NCBI GenBank assembly: GCA_963612925.1
Contig: CAVDXG010000001.1
Span: forward strand, 69,824 to 131,787
Length of the DNA stretch: 61,964 nt
DNA from: Coriobacteriaceae bacterium
GTDB taxonomy: Bacteria > Bacillota_I > Bacilli_A > RFN20 > CAG-826
Direction: 5' to 3'
The notes beneath the pieces are model-generated. The model did not search any database, was not told the origin of the DNA, and saw nothing but the letters and a program-made list of their open reading frames with translations. A program made the position numbers and the translations under genes. How positions within the stretch are numbered: position 1 is the first letter of the stretch; every line of letters starts with the position of its first letter. This document shows, one piece after another, positions 25,024 through 34,252 of this stretch.

Positions 25024-27738
25024 TTAGTCATTAATGCCGATAAAAATCGTTTCTTCTGGTTCGCTCGTTTTTGGCTTATTTTGCATTTTGATGCGTTGAC
25101 GTTTTGCTCGATCGATTTTAATTGTTGGCAATTTAATCTTTCTAAACCATTTAGCGAATAATTCTGATGTTGGCATTAATAAGGTGGTTGCAAATAAAGC
25201 CGATAAAACGATGCTTATTAGCATACCAGCAAATATTGGAGCCATGCTCTTATAACCAAAGCCGAAATAGTTGATTGCAATGTAGGCTGATAGAATTGAA
25301 GAAATGAATAATGTTGAAGCACATAATGATGATGCTTTCACCAATAATGATTTCTTCTCTTCTTCGCTTAAACTATTTTTATTTTCCTTGAGCAATTCTT
25401 TCTCTTTTTCAAAATAGAGAACGCAAGCAAATAAGCTAACAACAGCAGCAATTGGCATAATCAACGAGCAAATTGGCGTTGTTTGAATGCGACATAAGAC
25501 AAATAATCCATAGGTGAGTAAAACTGTAACGCTAGAAAGAAGCAATGCAGCAACACCTCTAGATGGTTTATATCTAAGTGCTAAATAGAAGCAAGAGCCA
25601 ACGATAGAGATAGCGACTGCTAAAGCTACATAGCCTTGATGAGGAGCAACCGATGTTTCATATGATATTTTTGAACTTACATTGACATATTCAGTGCTAC
25701 TTTCACCGAGAACATTTTGAACTTTTTGCTCGATTGCATCGGCTAAATTATCGGCTTCCACAGTTTCGCCATTAGCAAATTTGACGCTGAATTTATCAGT
25801 TTCTTTCACTGTGTAATCTAGAGAAGTTACATAATAGAAATATTTCTCTGTTAAAGTTGTTTCATAGTCATATGTTTCGCGTTTATCTAATTCGACATTT
25901 GAATAAGATAGTGCCTCATCATTGATGTAGATATTTGCTAAAACATCTTCTTTAAATGCTTGTTCAGTAGAAATGGTTTTAGACTCAGTTTCATATTTGA
26001 TGCTTGTATAAACTTGGGTAGTTTGATTAGTTGCGTTAGAAATGTTTAGAGGCGATCCTTTCAAAGTTCCGAAAACAACGATTCCAACGATGGAAGCTAG
26101 AGTTAGAATTCCAGAAACAATAGCCACTGGTTTTTTCTTCGAGGTGAAATTGGTGTTTTCATATGGCGCAACATAAGTTGGTTTTTCTTCCTTCATGATG
26201 TTTGGCACCATTTTTTCATCGATATTTAAAGCTTTATAATTTGCTTGCATCGAGGTGGCATTAGTTAATAAAGCCATCATGATTCTGAAGATGATGTGAA
26301 CCATCAATAGGCCAATTATTGAGCCAAAGAATAGAAGAATGCCGAGTGATTTTAAGGCGTTTCCACCCAATAGATAAATCATTAAGCCTGAGAAAGCACC
26401 GATTACAGCAACATCAATGCTAGGGAGAGTGATTTTCTTCATTGCTTCTTGATGAGCTTTTCTAAGCGCTCGTCCTTTGTAGACTTCATCTTTTAATTTA
26501 TTCATGTATAAAACGCTGATAATTAAAGAAGATCCTGCTAAGAGAACTCCCCCAATTAACGCACCAAAGTTAAATGTTGCTCCTAGGGCCATGAACATGA
26601 CAAACGAAAGCATGACTGTGCCTAAATTATTAGCGATAATTCCTAGCGCAGCGACGCGATAGAATAAAAGCAAAATCAAAAATACGATGACAATAGCTAC
26701 TAAAGTAGAAATCATTGTCGCCGACATCGCAACATTAACGCTTGATCCGAAAATTAACAAATTTTCTGCGCTGGCATTAGTTTTGATTTGATTATTTGTA
26801 ACTCCACTTGCACTTTCAGTGACAAAGAGATTTGAGACTTGATATTGTTTATTGTTATATTCAAAACTTGACGCATTAAACATGTTGCAAATAAATGTCG
26901 CTAGCATGTTGGATTCTTTTAATTTTGAGGTGTCGTAATTGCCTTCGCTATCACTATAGCCACATAAAAATTGGAGTTGAGTAGGTTCTTCATCATCTTT
27001 CAAACCTTCTTTGTACCAAATATTTTCTCCGACAAAGGAAGCGATAATTTTTTGTCCGGTTTTAGCTGGGTCTTTTTGAGCTTTTTCATAGCTATCACCT
27101 TCAACCCAGTTTGCCCAAAGATAAACATCTGGGCTAGCTGTTTCTTCCTCATCAACAGTTGTTGCAGTTCCATCATCCGCGCGAAATGGCGAAATTTTTG
27201 ATGATGTTTCAGCACTAGAATCGTCATCGCTTTTTAACGTTTCGATTAAAGTTTTAACTTTAGCGGTATCGCTTACTGGGAACAAAACATAAGGAACTAA
27301 ATCGTCTTGACGAACAATTGTGGCCACTGAATCGACGAAGATTTGGTCGGCTGTTAAACGAGTTTCTTCTTCAGCAGTTGCAAGTGAGAAGTTACCGCCA
27401 TTAAAGCAGAGATAGCGAGTAATGTAATTTAATTCAGTTTCATTATTGACACTTAATGCAACGCGAACTGTATCATTTCCTTCGATTTTAACGGAATAGT
27501 CTTCGATTTTATAAGTTTCAAGACGTGTTCGCATCTCTTCAGCTACTTTTTCAACGATTCCATCGTCGACTTCTTCGCTTTGAGTGTCATCATCATCGTT
27601 TGCAATTTTATAAACAATTTCATTGCCGGAAATGAATTCACGACCAGGATTGATGCTAGTAAAAACTGGAGTAAATGCCACGCCAACAGATAAAAGGATG
27701 GTTAAGGCCATTACGATATAAGCTATAAATCTTCTCAT
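25024..27738 (-). CDS. secDF: Fused protein-export membrane protein SecDF
   Basis: Two blocks of 6 TM helices with large extracytoplasmic loops. The tracked start 27777 is a TTG; ATG 27738 (MRRFIAYIV...) starts directly at the first TM helix. Confidence 0.85.
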   Translation of the reverse strand: MRRFIAYIVMALTILLSVGVAFTPVFTSINPGREFISGNEIVYKIANDDDDTQSEEVDDGIVEKVAEEMRTRLETYKIEDYSVKIEGNDTVRVALSVNNETELNYITRYLCFNGGNFSLATAEEETRLTADQIFVDSVATIVRQDDLVPYVLFPVSDTAKVKTLIETLKSDDDSSAETSSKISPFRADDGTATTVDEEETASPDVYLWANWVEGDSYEKAQKDPAKTGQKIIASFVGENIWYKEGLKDDEEPTQLQFLCGYSDSEGNYDTSKLKESNMLATFICNMFNASSFEYNNKQYQVSNLFVTESASGVTNNQIKTNASAENLLIFGSSVNVAMSATMISTLVAIVIVFLILLLFYRVAALGIIANNLGTVMLSFVMFMALGATFNFGALIGGVLLAGSSLIISVLYMNKLKDEVYKGRALRKAHQEAMKKITLPSIDVAVIGAFSGLMIYLLGGNALKSLGILLFFGSIIGLLMVHIIFRIMMALLTNATSMQANYKALNIDEKMVPNIMKEEKPTYVAPYENTNFTSKKKPVAIVSGILTLASIVGIVVFGTLKGSPLNISNATNQTTQVYTSIKYETESKTISTEQAFKEDVLANIYINDEALSYSNVELDKRETYDYETTLTEKYFYYVTSLDYTVKETDKFSVKFANGETVEADNLADAIEQKVQNVLGESSTEYVNVSSKISYETSVAPHQGYVALAVAISIVGSCFYLALRYKPSRGVAALLLSSVTVLLTYGLFVLCRIQTTPICSLIMPIAAVVSLFACVLYFEKEKELLKENKNSLSEEEKKSLLVKASSLCASTLFISSILSAYIAINYFGFGYKSMAPIFAGMLISIVLSALFATTLLMPTSELFAKWFRKIKLPTIKIDRAKRQRIKMQNKPKTSEPEETIFIGIND

Positions 27739-27876
27739 ATTATTTGCTCTACTTTCTTGTTCTTTAAAAAAATTCAATACTTTTACGTACGCAAAATAGA
27801 ATACAACTAAACAAAGTTTAATGCAACAGGTATGTGCATATATGCGCGTGGAAAATTTTTTAGCAAAAAACTTCTT

Positions 27877-28878
27877 TTATAAGAGTTTATGGTTATGGTA
27901 CTTCTCTAAATGAGAATAAGCTTTATCGGTAGCTACTCGCCCTCGAGGCGTTCTGTTAATCATCCCTATTTGTAGTAAAAATGGTTCGTAGACATCTTCT
28001 AGATTCATGATTTCTTCTCCAATGGAAGAAGCTAAAGCTTCTAATCCAACAGGACCACCATGAAATCTATCGATAATTGCTTCTAAATATTTAACATCAA
28101 CATCGTCAAGCCCTAAACAATCTACCTTTAAAGCCGTCAACGCTTTTGAAGCATCTTCTTTTGAAATATTATCGCTTCCTTTATAATTAGCGAAATCGCG
28201 AACACGTTTAAATAAGCGATTAGCGATTCGTGGAGTTCCTCTTGATCTAGACGACATCATTTTCACAGCGTCTTCATCGATGGTTGTCTTAAAAACTCTC
28301 GAAGTTCTTCGAATAATATCGGCAATTTCCTCATCTGAATAATAATTTAATTTTTCAGTTATGCCAAAACGAGCTCTCAAAGGAGAAGTTAAATCACCTG
28401 CTCTAGTAGTTGCGCCTATTAATGTGAATGGACTTAAATCTAAATTCAGCGATGATGCTCCACCATCTTTCGGGAAAACGATGGATATTTTAAAATCTTC
28501 CATTGCGCTATATAAAACTTCTTCAACTACTTTTGGCAGTCGATGAATTTCATCGATAAATAGCACATCTCCTGGCTCTAATTCATTTAAGATAGCAATC
28601 AAATCACCAGTTTTTTCAATGCTCGGACCGGTTACAACTTTAAATTGAGCCCCCATTTCGTTAGCGATTACATTTGCTAATGTCGTTTTGCCTAAGCCTG
28701 GAGGCCCATATAAAAGCACATGATCAAGCACTTCGTCGCGATGCTTTGCTGCACCGATAAAAACGCGAAGGTTATCTTTCAATTCTTTTTGGCCAACATA
28801 TTCATTTAAAGTCTGTGGTCTTAAAGATATTTCTTCGATATCATCTTTATTTTTATTCGCATCTAACAATCTAGACAT
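27877..28878 (-). CDS. ruvB: Holliday junction branch migration ATPase RuvB
   Basis: LRPQTL.EY.GQ, Walker [18 protein letters not shown]. Confidence 0.95.
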   Translation of the reverse strand: MSRLLDANKNKDDIEEISLRPQTLNEYVGQKELKDNLRVFIGAAKHRDEVLDHVLLYGPPGLGKTTLANVIANEMGAQFKVVTGPSIEKTGDLIAILNELEPGDVLFIDEIHRLPKVVEEVLYSAMEDFKISIVFPKDGGASSLNLDLSPFTLIGATTRAGDLTSPLRARFGITEKLNYYSDEEIADIIRRTSRVFKTTIDEDAVKMMSSRSRGTPRIANRLFKRVRDFANYKGSDNISKEDASKALTALKVDCLGLDDVDVKYLEAIIDRFHGGPVGLEALASSIGEEIMNLEDVYEPFLLQIGMINRTPRGRVATDKAYSHLEKYHNHKLL

Positions 28879-28879
28879 A

Positions 28880-29431
28880 TTATTTCTTCAATAGTTTTAA
28901 CGCCTCTTTTAAGATTTCTTCATTCGAGGCGTTTTCTAAATTTATTTGACATAAAACATTATCGATTTGTTTATTTTTAAACCCAATTGTTTTCAAGGCT
29001 TCTTTTACTTCATCATATTGATTTACATTTGTGGAAGTCGATGCCAATTGGCCTTTTAAATCTAAAATAATTTGAGCAGCAGCTTTTGCACCGATTCCAG
29101 GTAATTTCTTTAAGAAAGCAATGTTATTTGACGAAATTGCTTTAAATAAAGAATTAGGGTCTGTTTCTGAAAGGGCATTTAAGGCAGTTCTTGGTCCAAT
29201 TCCTTTGACGCTTATAAGGGATAAAAAGGCGCTCTTTTCTTCTAACGAAGAAAATCCAACCAGATATTGTCCGTCTTCTCGAATTACATTATAAACATAT
29301 ATTTTGCGCTTTTCGTTAAGTGAAAATTCATTAGTTCGCGGCACAAAAACTTGATAGCCAACATCGTTAACATCAACCACGATGTAGTCTTTAGCAATGT
29401 AAGAAATTAAACCATTAAAACTAAAATACAT
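28880..29431 (-). CDS. ruvA: Holliday junction DNA helicase subunit RuvA
   Basis: From ATG 29431 the protein starts [23 protein letters not shown], as RuvA proteins do. HhH motifs ([19 protein letters not shown]). The tracked TTG start at 29500 adds a non-homologous hydrophobic extension. Confidence 0.9.
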   Translation of the reverse strand: MYFSFNGLISYIAKDYIVVDVNDVGYQVFVPRTNEFSLNEKRKIYVYNVIREDGQYLVGFSSLEEKSAFLSLISVKGIGPRTALNALSETDPNSLFKAISSNNIAFLKKLPGIGAKAAAQIILDLKGQLASTSTNVNQYDEVKEALKTIGFKNKQIDNVLCQINLENASNEEILKEALKLLKK

Positions 29432-29433
29432 AA

Positions 29434-29532
29434 TTATCGAAACACTAAAACAAAATAAATGATGAACAATAAGCAAAATAATGAAGCTATTAGAGAACAA
29501 ATAACTGTTTTATTTACTTTATGTTCGCTCAT
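29434..29532 (-). CDS. Candidate 32-aa single-TM peptide upstream of ruvA (speculative)
   Basis: My own translation: MSEHKVNKTVICSLIASLFCLLFIIYFVLVFR. Its stop codon ends 2 nt before the ruvA ATG. No SD; TAAAAT sits 7 nt upstream of its ATG. Confidence 0.25.
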   Translation of the reverse strand: MSEHKVNKTVICSLIASLFCLLFIIYFVLVFR

Positions 29533-29589
29533 GGCTTTAATTTTATACTAAAAAATGCACTTAATAAATAAGTTAAGAAAAGTGTGAGA

Positions 29590-30321
29590 CTAATTTCTCT
29601 TAAAAGCCTTTGGACGAGGCGTTTCGTTGCGCTTATGCTCGCTTACATTATGCAGATGTTCGATGCGTTTTCTTGCCTCTTCGCTGACTTCTTTTCCTAA
29701 TAAATAAGCATCGAGTTCATCGTAAGTAATGCCCATTTCTTTTTCGTCAGTTTGACCTTCAAATAGCCCCGCTGTTGGTGTTCTATTCGCGAGCTCATCG
29801 CTCACTCCATAAAGCTTCGCGGCTTCACGGACTTCCGCTTTGGTTAATCTAACAATTGGTAAAACATCGCAAGCGCCATCTCCGTGCTTGGTGAAATAGC
29901 CAACATAATTTTCGTCATAATTATCAGTTCCAAGAACTAAGGCATTTTTTTCTTGAGCAAAAGCATATAAAGTTAACATTCTCATTCTAACTTTCAAATT
30001 ACTTTTTGTTAGTCTAGAAAAATCGTTTCCTTCTAATTGCTTAATATAGCAATCATATGTTGAGGATAAATCGACAACTTTAAAGTTGACATCGAGCAGT
30101 TTGGCTAATTTTGCCGCATCTTCTTCATCGCTTTTATGCGAATGGATGGGGAGCGAATAACAAAATAGTTTCTCTTTTCCAACAGCTTTTTTAGTTATCG
30201 CCGCCACTAAGGAGGAGTCGACGCCGCCACTCAGTCCTAAAACATAGCCTTTTGCACCGCTTTTTACTAAATAGTTTTGTAGAAATTTTTCGATTTCTAA
30301 GCAATATTCTTTGAGTGTCAT
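29590..30321 (-). CDS. nadE: NH3-dependent NAD+ synthetase
   Basis: PP-loop SGGVDSS. 243 aa. C-terminal EHKR motif region. Confidence 0.9.
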   Translation of the reverse strand: MTLKEYCLEIEKFLQNYLVKSGAKGYVLGLSGGVDSSLVAAITKKAVGKEKLFCYSLPIHSHKSDEEDAAKLAKLLDVNFKVVDLSSTYDCYIKQLEGNDFSRLTKSNLKVRMRMLTLYAFAQEKNALVLGTDNYDENYVGYFTKHGDGACDVLPIVRLTKAEVREAAKLYGVSDELANRTPTAGLFEGQTDEKEMGITYDELDAYLLGKEVSEEARKRIEHLHNVSEHKRNETPRPKAFKRN

Positions 30322-30331
30322 AACTTTTCTC

Positions 30332-31603
30332 CTAGTCTAAATATTCAAATTCAAAATCTTTTAAGAAAACAGAATCGCCACTTTCCGCGCCTTTTTCTTT
30401 TAAAGCTTCTTCAACGCCAATTTTCCTTAAGTAATTGATTAGACGCATCAATCCTTCATCAGTAGAAATATTAATTAATGAATAAGTTCTTTCTACGCTT
30501 TCACCAACGATGCGATAGACATGGTCTTTTTCTTTTTGGATTTCAAAAATAGGTTTTTCATCATAGGCGTTATATATCTTTTTCGAAACATTTTGCTTAT
30601 CTATTTCTAATGCGAATGGTTCGATAGTAGCTAATTTTTCATTAACCTTTTTGATTAAATTATCAACACCTTCATGAGTTAATGATGAGATAGGCATAAC
30701 CTCTTCTTTAACATGTTTTTTAAACTGGTTTAATTTTTCAAGTGAGCCATCTTCGTCCATTTTGGTTGCAACAACAATTGTCACTCTTTTATCAAGCCCT
30801 AATCCGTAAGACTTAAGTTCGTTTTTAATGACTTTGTAATCATTTATTGGATCAGCATCATTAGCCATTGAAACCAAATGAAGAATTAGACGGCATCTTT
30901 GAAGATGCCTAAGGAAGGTTAAACCTAAGCCTTTACCTAAGTGGGCGCCTTCTATTAACCCTGGAAGATCCGCCATAACGAAGGTGTCATATTTATTAAC
31001 ATGAACAACGCCTAAATTAGGTTCAATGGTAGTGAAAGGATAATCAGCAATTTCCGGATTAGCGTTACTGACAACGCTTAATAAGGTTGATTTTCCGGCG
31101 TTTGGAAGGCCGACAAGTCCGACATCTGCGAGCAATTTTAATTCAAGTATCAGTCTCTTATTTTCTCCTGGAAGCCCATTTTCAGCAATTCGAGGCACGC
31201 GGTTGCGATCAGATTTAAAAGCAGCATTGCCTCTTCCGCCTCTTCCGCCTTTAGCAACCATGACCACTTCGCCATCTTTTGATAAATCAGCAACAAATTT
31301 ATGGTCTTTTTCTTCATAAACGACTGTCCCTAAAGGCACATCGATAATTACATCAGTTGCTCCTCTACCATATTTGTTTTTTGTTAGTCCTTTTCCACCG
31401 TCATCACCAACAAAGACTTTTGAATGTCTAAAATTATACAAAGTATTAATTGATTTATTTGCTCTTAAAAAGATGGAAGCCCCTCGACCGCCATTGCCGC
31501 CGCTTGGGCCACCTTTAGGCATATATTTTTCATGGAGGAAGGCAATCATGCCGTCTCCACCTTTGCCTGATCTAACTTCTATTACTGCTTTATCGATAAA
31601 CAT
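30332..31603 (-). CDS. obg: GTPase Obg
   Basis: MFIDKAVIEV..GKGGDG glycine-rich Obg fold, G motifs GLPNAGKST / DLPG / TKMD, C-terminal OCT/TGS-like domain. Start 31603 is preferred over 31615, which lies inside the predicted -10. Confidence 0.9.
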   Translation of the reverse strand: MFIDKAVIEVRSGKGGDGMIAFLHEKYMPKGGPSGGNGGRGASIFLRANKSINTLYNFRHSKVFVGDDGGKGLTKNKYGRGATDVIIDVPLGTVVYEEKDHKFVADLSKDGEVVMVAKGGRGGRGNAAFKSDRNRVPRIAENGLPGENKRLILELKLLADVGLVGLPNAGKSTLLSVVSNANPEIADYPFTTIEPNLGVVHVNKYDTFVMADLPGLIEGAHLGKGLGLTFLRHLQRCRLILHLVSMANDADPINDYKVIKNELKSYGLGLDKRVTIVVATKMDEDGSLEKLNQFKKHVKEEVMPISSLTHEGVDNLIKKVNEKLATIEPFALEIDKQNVSKKIYNAYDEKPIFEIQKEKDHVYRIVGESVERTYSLINISTDEGLMRLINYLRKIGVEEALKEKGAESGDSVFLKDFEFEYLD

Positions 31604-31613
31604 AGACACATTC

Positions 31614-31642
31614 ATTATATAGAAAACTTAAAATTTGTTAAA
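31614..31642 (-). promoter_or_regulatory. Predicted promoter of obg
   Basis: Minus strand: TTTAAC (31637-31642), 17-nt spacer, TATAAT (31614-31619), directly after the rpmA terminator. Confidence 0.45.
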
Positions 31643-31643
31643 T

Positions 31644-31667
31644 AAAAAAGGGTTCTTAGAACCCTTA
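31644..31667 (-). terminator. Rho-independent terminator after rpmA
   Basis: Minus strand: AAGGGTTC-TAA-GAACCCTT followed by TTTTTT. Confidence 0.7.
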
Positions 31668-31684
31668 ATAAAGTGCTTACACTA

Positions 31685-31966
31685 TTATTTAGCGTAGACA
31701 CAAGCTCTTGTTTTGCTTTTGCCGACTCTTTCGAATCTTACGATACCATCGATAGTTGCAAAGATAGTATCATCGCCTCCGCGCTTAGTATTAACACCTG
31801 GAAGAATTTTAGTACCTCTTTGTCGATATATAATACTTCCGGCTGTGCAGAATTGACCATCGCTAAGCTTAGCACCAAGACGCTTTGATTCGCTATCACG
31901 GCCGTTTTTTGTTGAACCGACACCTTTTTTACTAGCGAAGAATTGTAGATTTAATTTTAGTAACAT
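31685..31966 (-). CDS. rpmA: 50S ribosomal protein L27 with N-terminal propeptide
   Basis: [33 protein letters not shown]: the Firmicute-type propeptide cleaved by Prp, followed by the conserved mature L27 N-terminus. Confidence 0.9.
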   Translation of the reverse strand: MLLKLNLQFFASKKGVGSTKNGRDSESKRLGAKLSDGQFCTAGSIIYRQRGTKILPGVNTKRGGDDTIFATIDGIVRFERVGKSKTRACVYAK

Positions 31967-31968
31967 TT

Positions 31969-32286
31969 TTAGCATCCTTTCTCGATTATCTTAACGTTTT
32001 TGCTCGCTACTTCTTCAATGCTTTTAAGTTGAATTAGTATTGTTTCTAAAACGATGTAATCGTGTGTACTTACATCACCATTTTTCTCAATTTTTATTTC
32101 GCCTTTTTCTTCGTTCACATCAAGTATGAATTCTTTAGGATTTTCTAATGCGTTAATTCCTCCGATGAGAACAGCACTTACTGCGCTGCAGACGATATCT
32201 TTTCCTAATTGGGCAAAATTGGCGTGTCCTTTTAAGGAAAGAGCAATTATCTTTCCTTCTTCTTTTTCACATTCAATGCAGATCAT
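31969..32286 (-). CDS. prp: Ribosomal-processing cysteine protease Prp
   Basis: Located between rplU and rpmA. Has GHA...DIVCSAVS (catalytic His/Cys). Start ATG 32286 gives MICIECEK..., colinear with known Prp. Confidence 0.85.
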   Translation of the reverse strand: MICIECEKEEGKIIALSLKGHANFAQLGKDIVCSAVSAVLIGGINALENPKEFILDVNEEKGEIKIEKNGDVSTHDYIVLETILIQLKSIEEVASKNVKIIEKGC

Positions 32287-32287
32287 A

Positions 32288-32596
32288 TTAAGCATTGATG
32301 CTTTCAATAACTAAGCAGGTATATGGTTGACGATGACCAATTGTTTTGCGTTCGTTATGTTTTGCTTTGTATTTGTAGATGCGTAATTTCTTGCTCAAGC
32401 CATTTTTTACAACTTTAGCATTTACTTTTGCACCATCTACGTATGGTTTTCCTACTTTTAAGCTTTCACCGCCGACAAGTAGTACTTTATCGAAAACATA
32501 TTCACTGCCTTCTTTGACATCTAGTTTTTCAACATAGATTTGTTGTCCTTTTTCGACGCGAACTTGTTTTCCGCCAGTTTCAATAATTGCGTACAT
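32288..32596 (-). CDS. rplU: 50S ribosomal protein L21
   Basis: [15 protein letters not shown]-terminus. Strong SD GGAGGTG. Confidence 0.95.
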   Translation of the reverse strand: MYAIIETGGKQVRVEKGQQIYVEKLDVKEGSEYVFDKVLLVGGESLKVGKPYVDGAKVNAKVVKNGLSKKLRIYKYKAKHNERKTIGHRQPYTCLVIESINA

Positions 32597-32700
32597 GTAA
32601 ACACCTCCTATATCTCACTAATGACTCGCTATTAAGGTCTATTTTAGACAATAAGTTAGAAACCTTTTCTAGGCGGTTGTAGCTTGTGAGGCAACAACGC
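32597..32700 (-). promoter_or_regulatory. Structured 5' leader of rplU-prp-rpmA (candidate L21 ribosomal-protein leader)
   Basis: About 100-nt UTR between the predicted promoter and the SD. Contains hairpins GCGTTGTTGC...GCTACAACCGC and AAGG..GTCTA-AAA-TAGAC-CTT. A ribosomal-protein leader is known at this position in Firmicutes. Confidence 0.45.
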
Positions 32701-32705
32701 GTTTT

Positions 32706-32733
32706 ATTATAAATACTTTTTTAAAAGTATCAA
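32706..32733 (-). promoter_or_regulatory. Predicted sigma-A promoter of rplU operon
   Basis: Minus strand: TTGATA (32728-32733), 16-nt spacer, TATAAT (32706-32711). Confidence 0.55.
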
Positions 32734-32770
32734 TCATTAATTGATTATTCCAAAAATTGTCTAGTTAAAA

Positions 32771-33442
32771 TCATATTAATTTATTCTTTTTAAAAGAATA
32801 ATAGCCATTTTCGTAGATGATAATGTGATCAAAAAGAATTAGTTGCAAGGACTGGGCATAGTTTTTAATCGTTAAGGTTGTACTAATGTCTTCTTCGCTT
32901 GGTTTTTTAATCCCGCCAGGGTGATTGTGTATCAACGCGAATTTGCTAGCCTCATTTTGAAAAAGTTCTACAAAGATACTTTTTAGGCTAAATTCTAGCA
33001 GTGAATCATTAGAGATATCTATGCGTTTTTCTTTGAGGATTGCTCCCTTCTTATTCATCATTACAATGATGAAATATTCGATGTTTTCATCTTTTAAATC
33101 TTGATAGAGAGCATAGATATCATCGCTATTTTTTATACGGGTAATTTCAGATTGTCTTTCCTTGATTAGTCTTTTAGAAAAGCTAAAAGTTGCTAGTAGT
33201 TTTAAGGCTGAGATAGCATTTATTCCTCTCTCTTGCTTAAGAGATGGCAAAGAAGCGTTTGCTAATGAGGAAAGATTTTTGTAATTGTTGAGCAAGGAAC
33301 TGGCAATTTCAAGAGCAGATTTATTTTTTACCCCCGAGCCGATGATAATTGCCAGAAGTTCTTGATTACTAATTGCTTCAATGCCATATCTTAAGGCTTT
33401 TTCTCGCGGTCGATCTTTTTTATCTAAGTCGTATATTTTCAT
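32771..33442 (-). CDS. radC: RadC-family JAB/MPN domain protein
   Basis: MKIYDL..DRPREKA N-terminus, HhH region, JAMM motif HNHPGG...PSEED. The tracked TTG start at 33463 is rejected in favour of ATG 33442. Confidence 0.85.
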   Translation of the reverse strand: MKIYDLDKKDRPREKALRYGIEAISNQELLAIIIGSGVKNKSALEIASSLLNNYKNLSSLANASLPSLKQERGINAISALKLLATFSFSKRLIKERQSEITRIKNSDDIYALYQDLKDENIEYFIIVMMNKKGAILKEKRIDISNDSLLEFSLKSIFVELFQNEASKFALIHNHPGGIKKPSEEDISTTLTIKNYAQSLQLILFDHIIIYENGYYSFKKNKLI

Positions 33443-33618
33443 TACTTCCAAGTGAATTTCCAACCGCCAGGAATGTTGGTTGACCCACTTTTGGAAAGAA
33501 ACAATTTATACATGACTACCGCCGCGATCGCGATGGCGCAAATTGCCATAACCGAAGTTAGAGTAATTGCACCCGGTATAATGCCTTCACATTCTTTAAG
33601 TGTAAGTTCTCTTCTCAT
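33442..33618 (-). CDS. Small (58 aa) single-pass membrane protein, not in the ORF track
   Basis: My own translation: MRRELTLKECEGIIPGAITLTSVMAICAIAIAAVVMYKLFLSKSGSTNIPGGWKFTWK. SD GGAGGTG (33626-33632) sits 7 nt from the ATG. Its TAA stop overlaps the radC ATG (TAATG). Confidence 0.6.
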   Translation of the reverse strand: MRRELTLKECEGIIPGAITLTSVMAICAIAIAAVVMYKLFLSKSGSTNIPGGWKFTWK

Positions 33619-33663
33619 ATTAATTCACCTCCACTTACTAGTTTCTCTTTTTATCAAAAAAAT

Positions 33664-33688
33664 GCTAAAAAAAGGGATCGCTCCCTTA
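33664..33688 (-). terminator. Rho-independent terminator after greA
   Basis: Minus strand: AAGGGA-GCGA-TCCCTT followed by TTTTTTAGCATTTTTTT. Confidence 0.7.
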
Positions 33689-33710
33689 ATTTGTTTGTAT
33701 TTATCGAAAC

Positions 33711-34193
33711 TTATTTATTATCTATTTTTAGAATTTCGACTTTATATTCGTTCGGAACCTTGACGACACAGATATCGCCGACGCGTTTGCCGATGACGGC
33801 TTTGCCAAGTGGCGAAATATTGGAAACTAAGCCTTTTAATGGGCTAGCCTCAATGGTTCCAACGATAGTGTAAGTTTCAACGCTATCATCGCTTAAATCT
33901 TTTAATTCGACCTTTGTTCCAATTGAAACAGTTTTGGTGTTTTTTTGCGATTCATTGATGACTTTGGCGTTTTGGAAAATATGCTCAAGTTCTTTAATGC
34001 GACCTTCGATTTCAGCTTGTCTATTTCTCGCAGCATCATAATCGGCATTTTCGCTTAAGTCGCCTTGTGCTCTTGCAGTGTTTAAATCTTCTAAAACTTT
34101 TGGTCGATCGATATCTACTAAATGGCGATACTCAGCGCGTAACTTAGCTTCGCCTTCTTTGGTTAATTCTATTACTTCATTTGACATAATCAT
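33711..34193 (-). CDS. greA: Transcription elongation factor GreA
   Basis: LT.EG...L..E...L....RP.V......A...GDLSENA.Y.AA coiled-coil plus a C-terminal FKBP-like domain. 160 aa. Confidence 0.9.
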   Translation of the reverse strand: MIMSNEVIELTKEGEAKLRAEYRHLVDIDRPKVLEDLNTARAQGDLSENADYDAARNRQAEIEGRIKELEHIFQNAKVINESQKNTKTVSIGTKVELKDLSDDSVETYTIVGTIEASPLKGLVSNISPLGKAVIGKRVGDICVVKVPNEYKVEILKIDNK

Positions 34194-34252
34194 TTTCTCC
34201 TTAAAAGATAAATTAGAGTTTATTATATTTTTTCGTTAAATAAAATCATTTT

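Noticed and set aside
29432-29500. N-terminal extensions created by upstream alternative starts in the track: ruvA 29500, radC 33463, lipoprotein 22135, secDF 27777, acpS 45355, obg 31615, prp 32307, rpmA 31975.
   Set aside because: The extensions are non-homologous. They start at TTG, or overlap the preceding gene or a promoter. Internal ATGs restore the N-termini typical of each family.
32771-32773. Possibility of the Mycoplasma/Spiroplasma genetic code (TGA = Trp), given the mollicute-like features.
   Set aside because: radC terminates at TGA. No conserved gene is fragmented under the standard code, and Trp positions are encoded by TGG.
33452-33763. Tracked 103-aa + strand ORF spanning the radC-greA gap.
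   Set aside because: It overlaps the radC start, the SD-led 58-aa minus-strand gene, the greA terminator and the greA 3' end. It has no SD, and its translation is hydrophobic low-complexity sequence.
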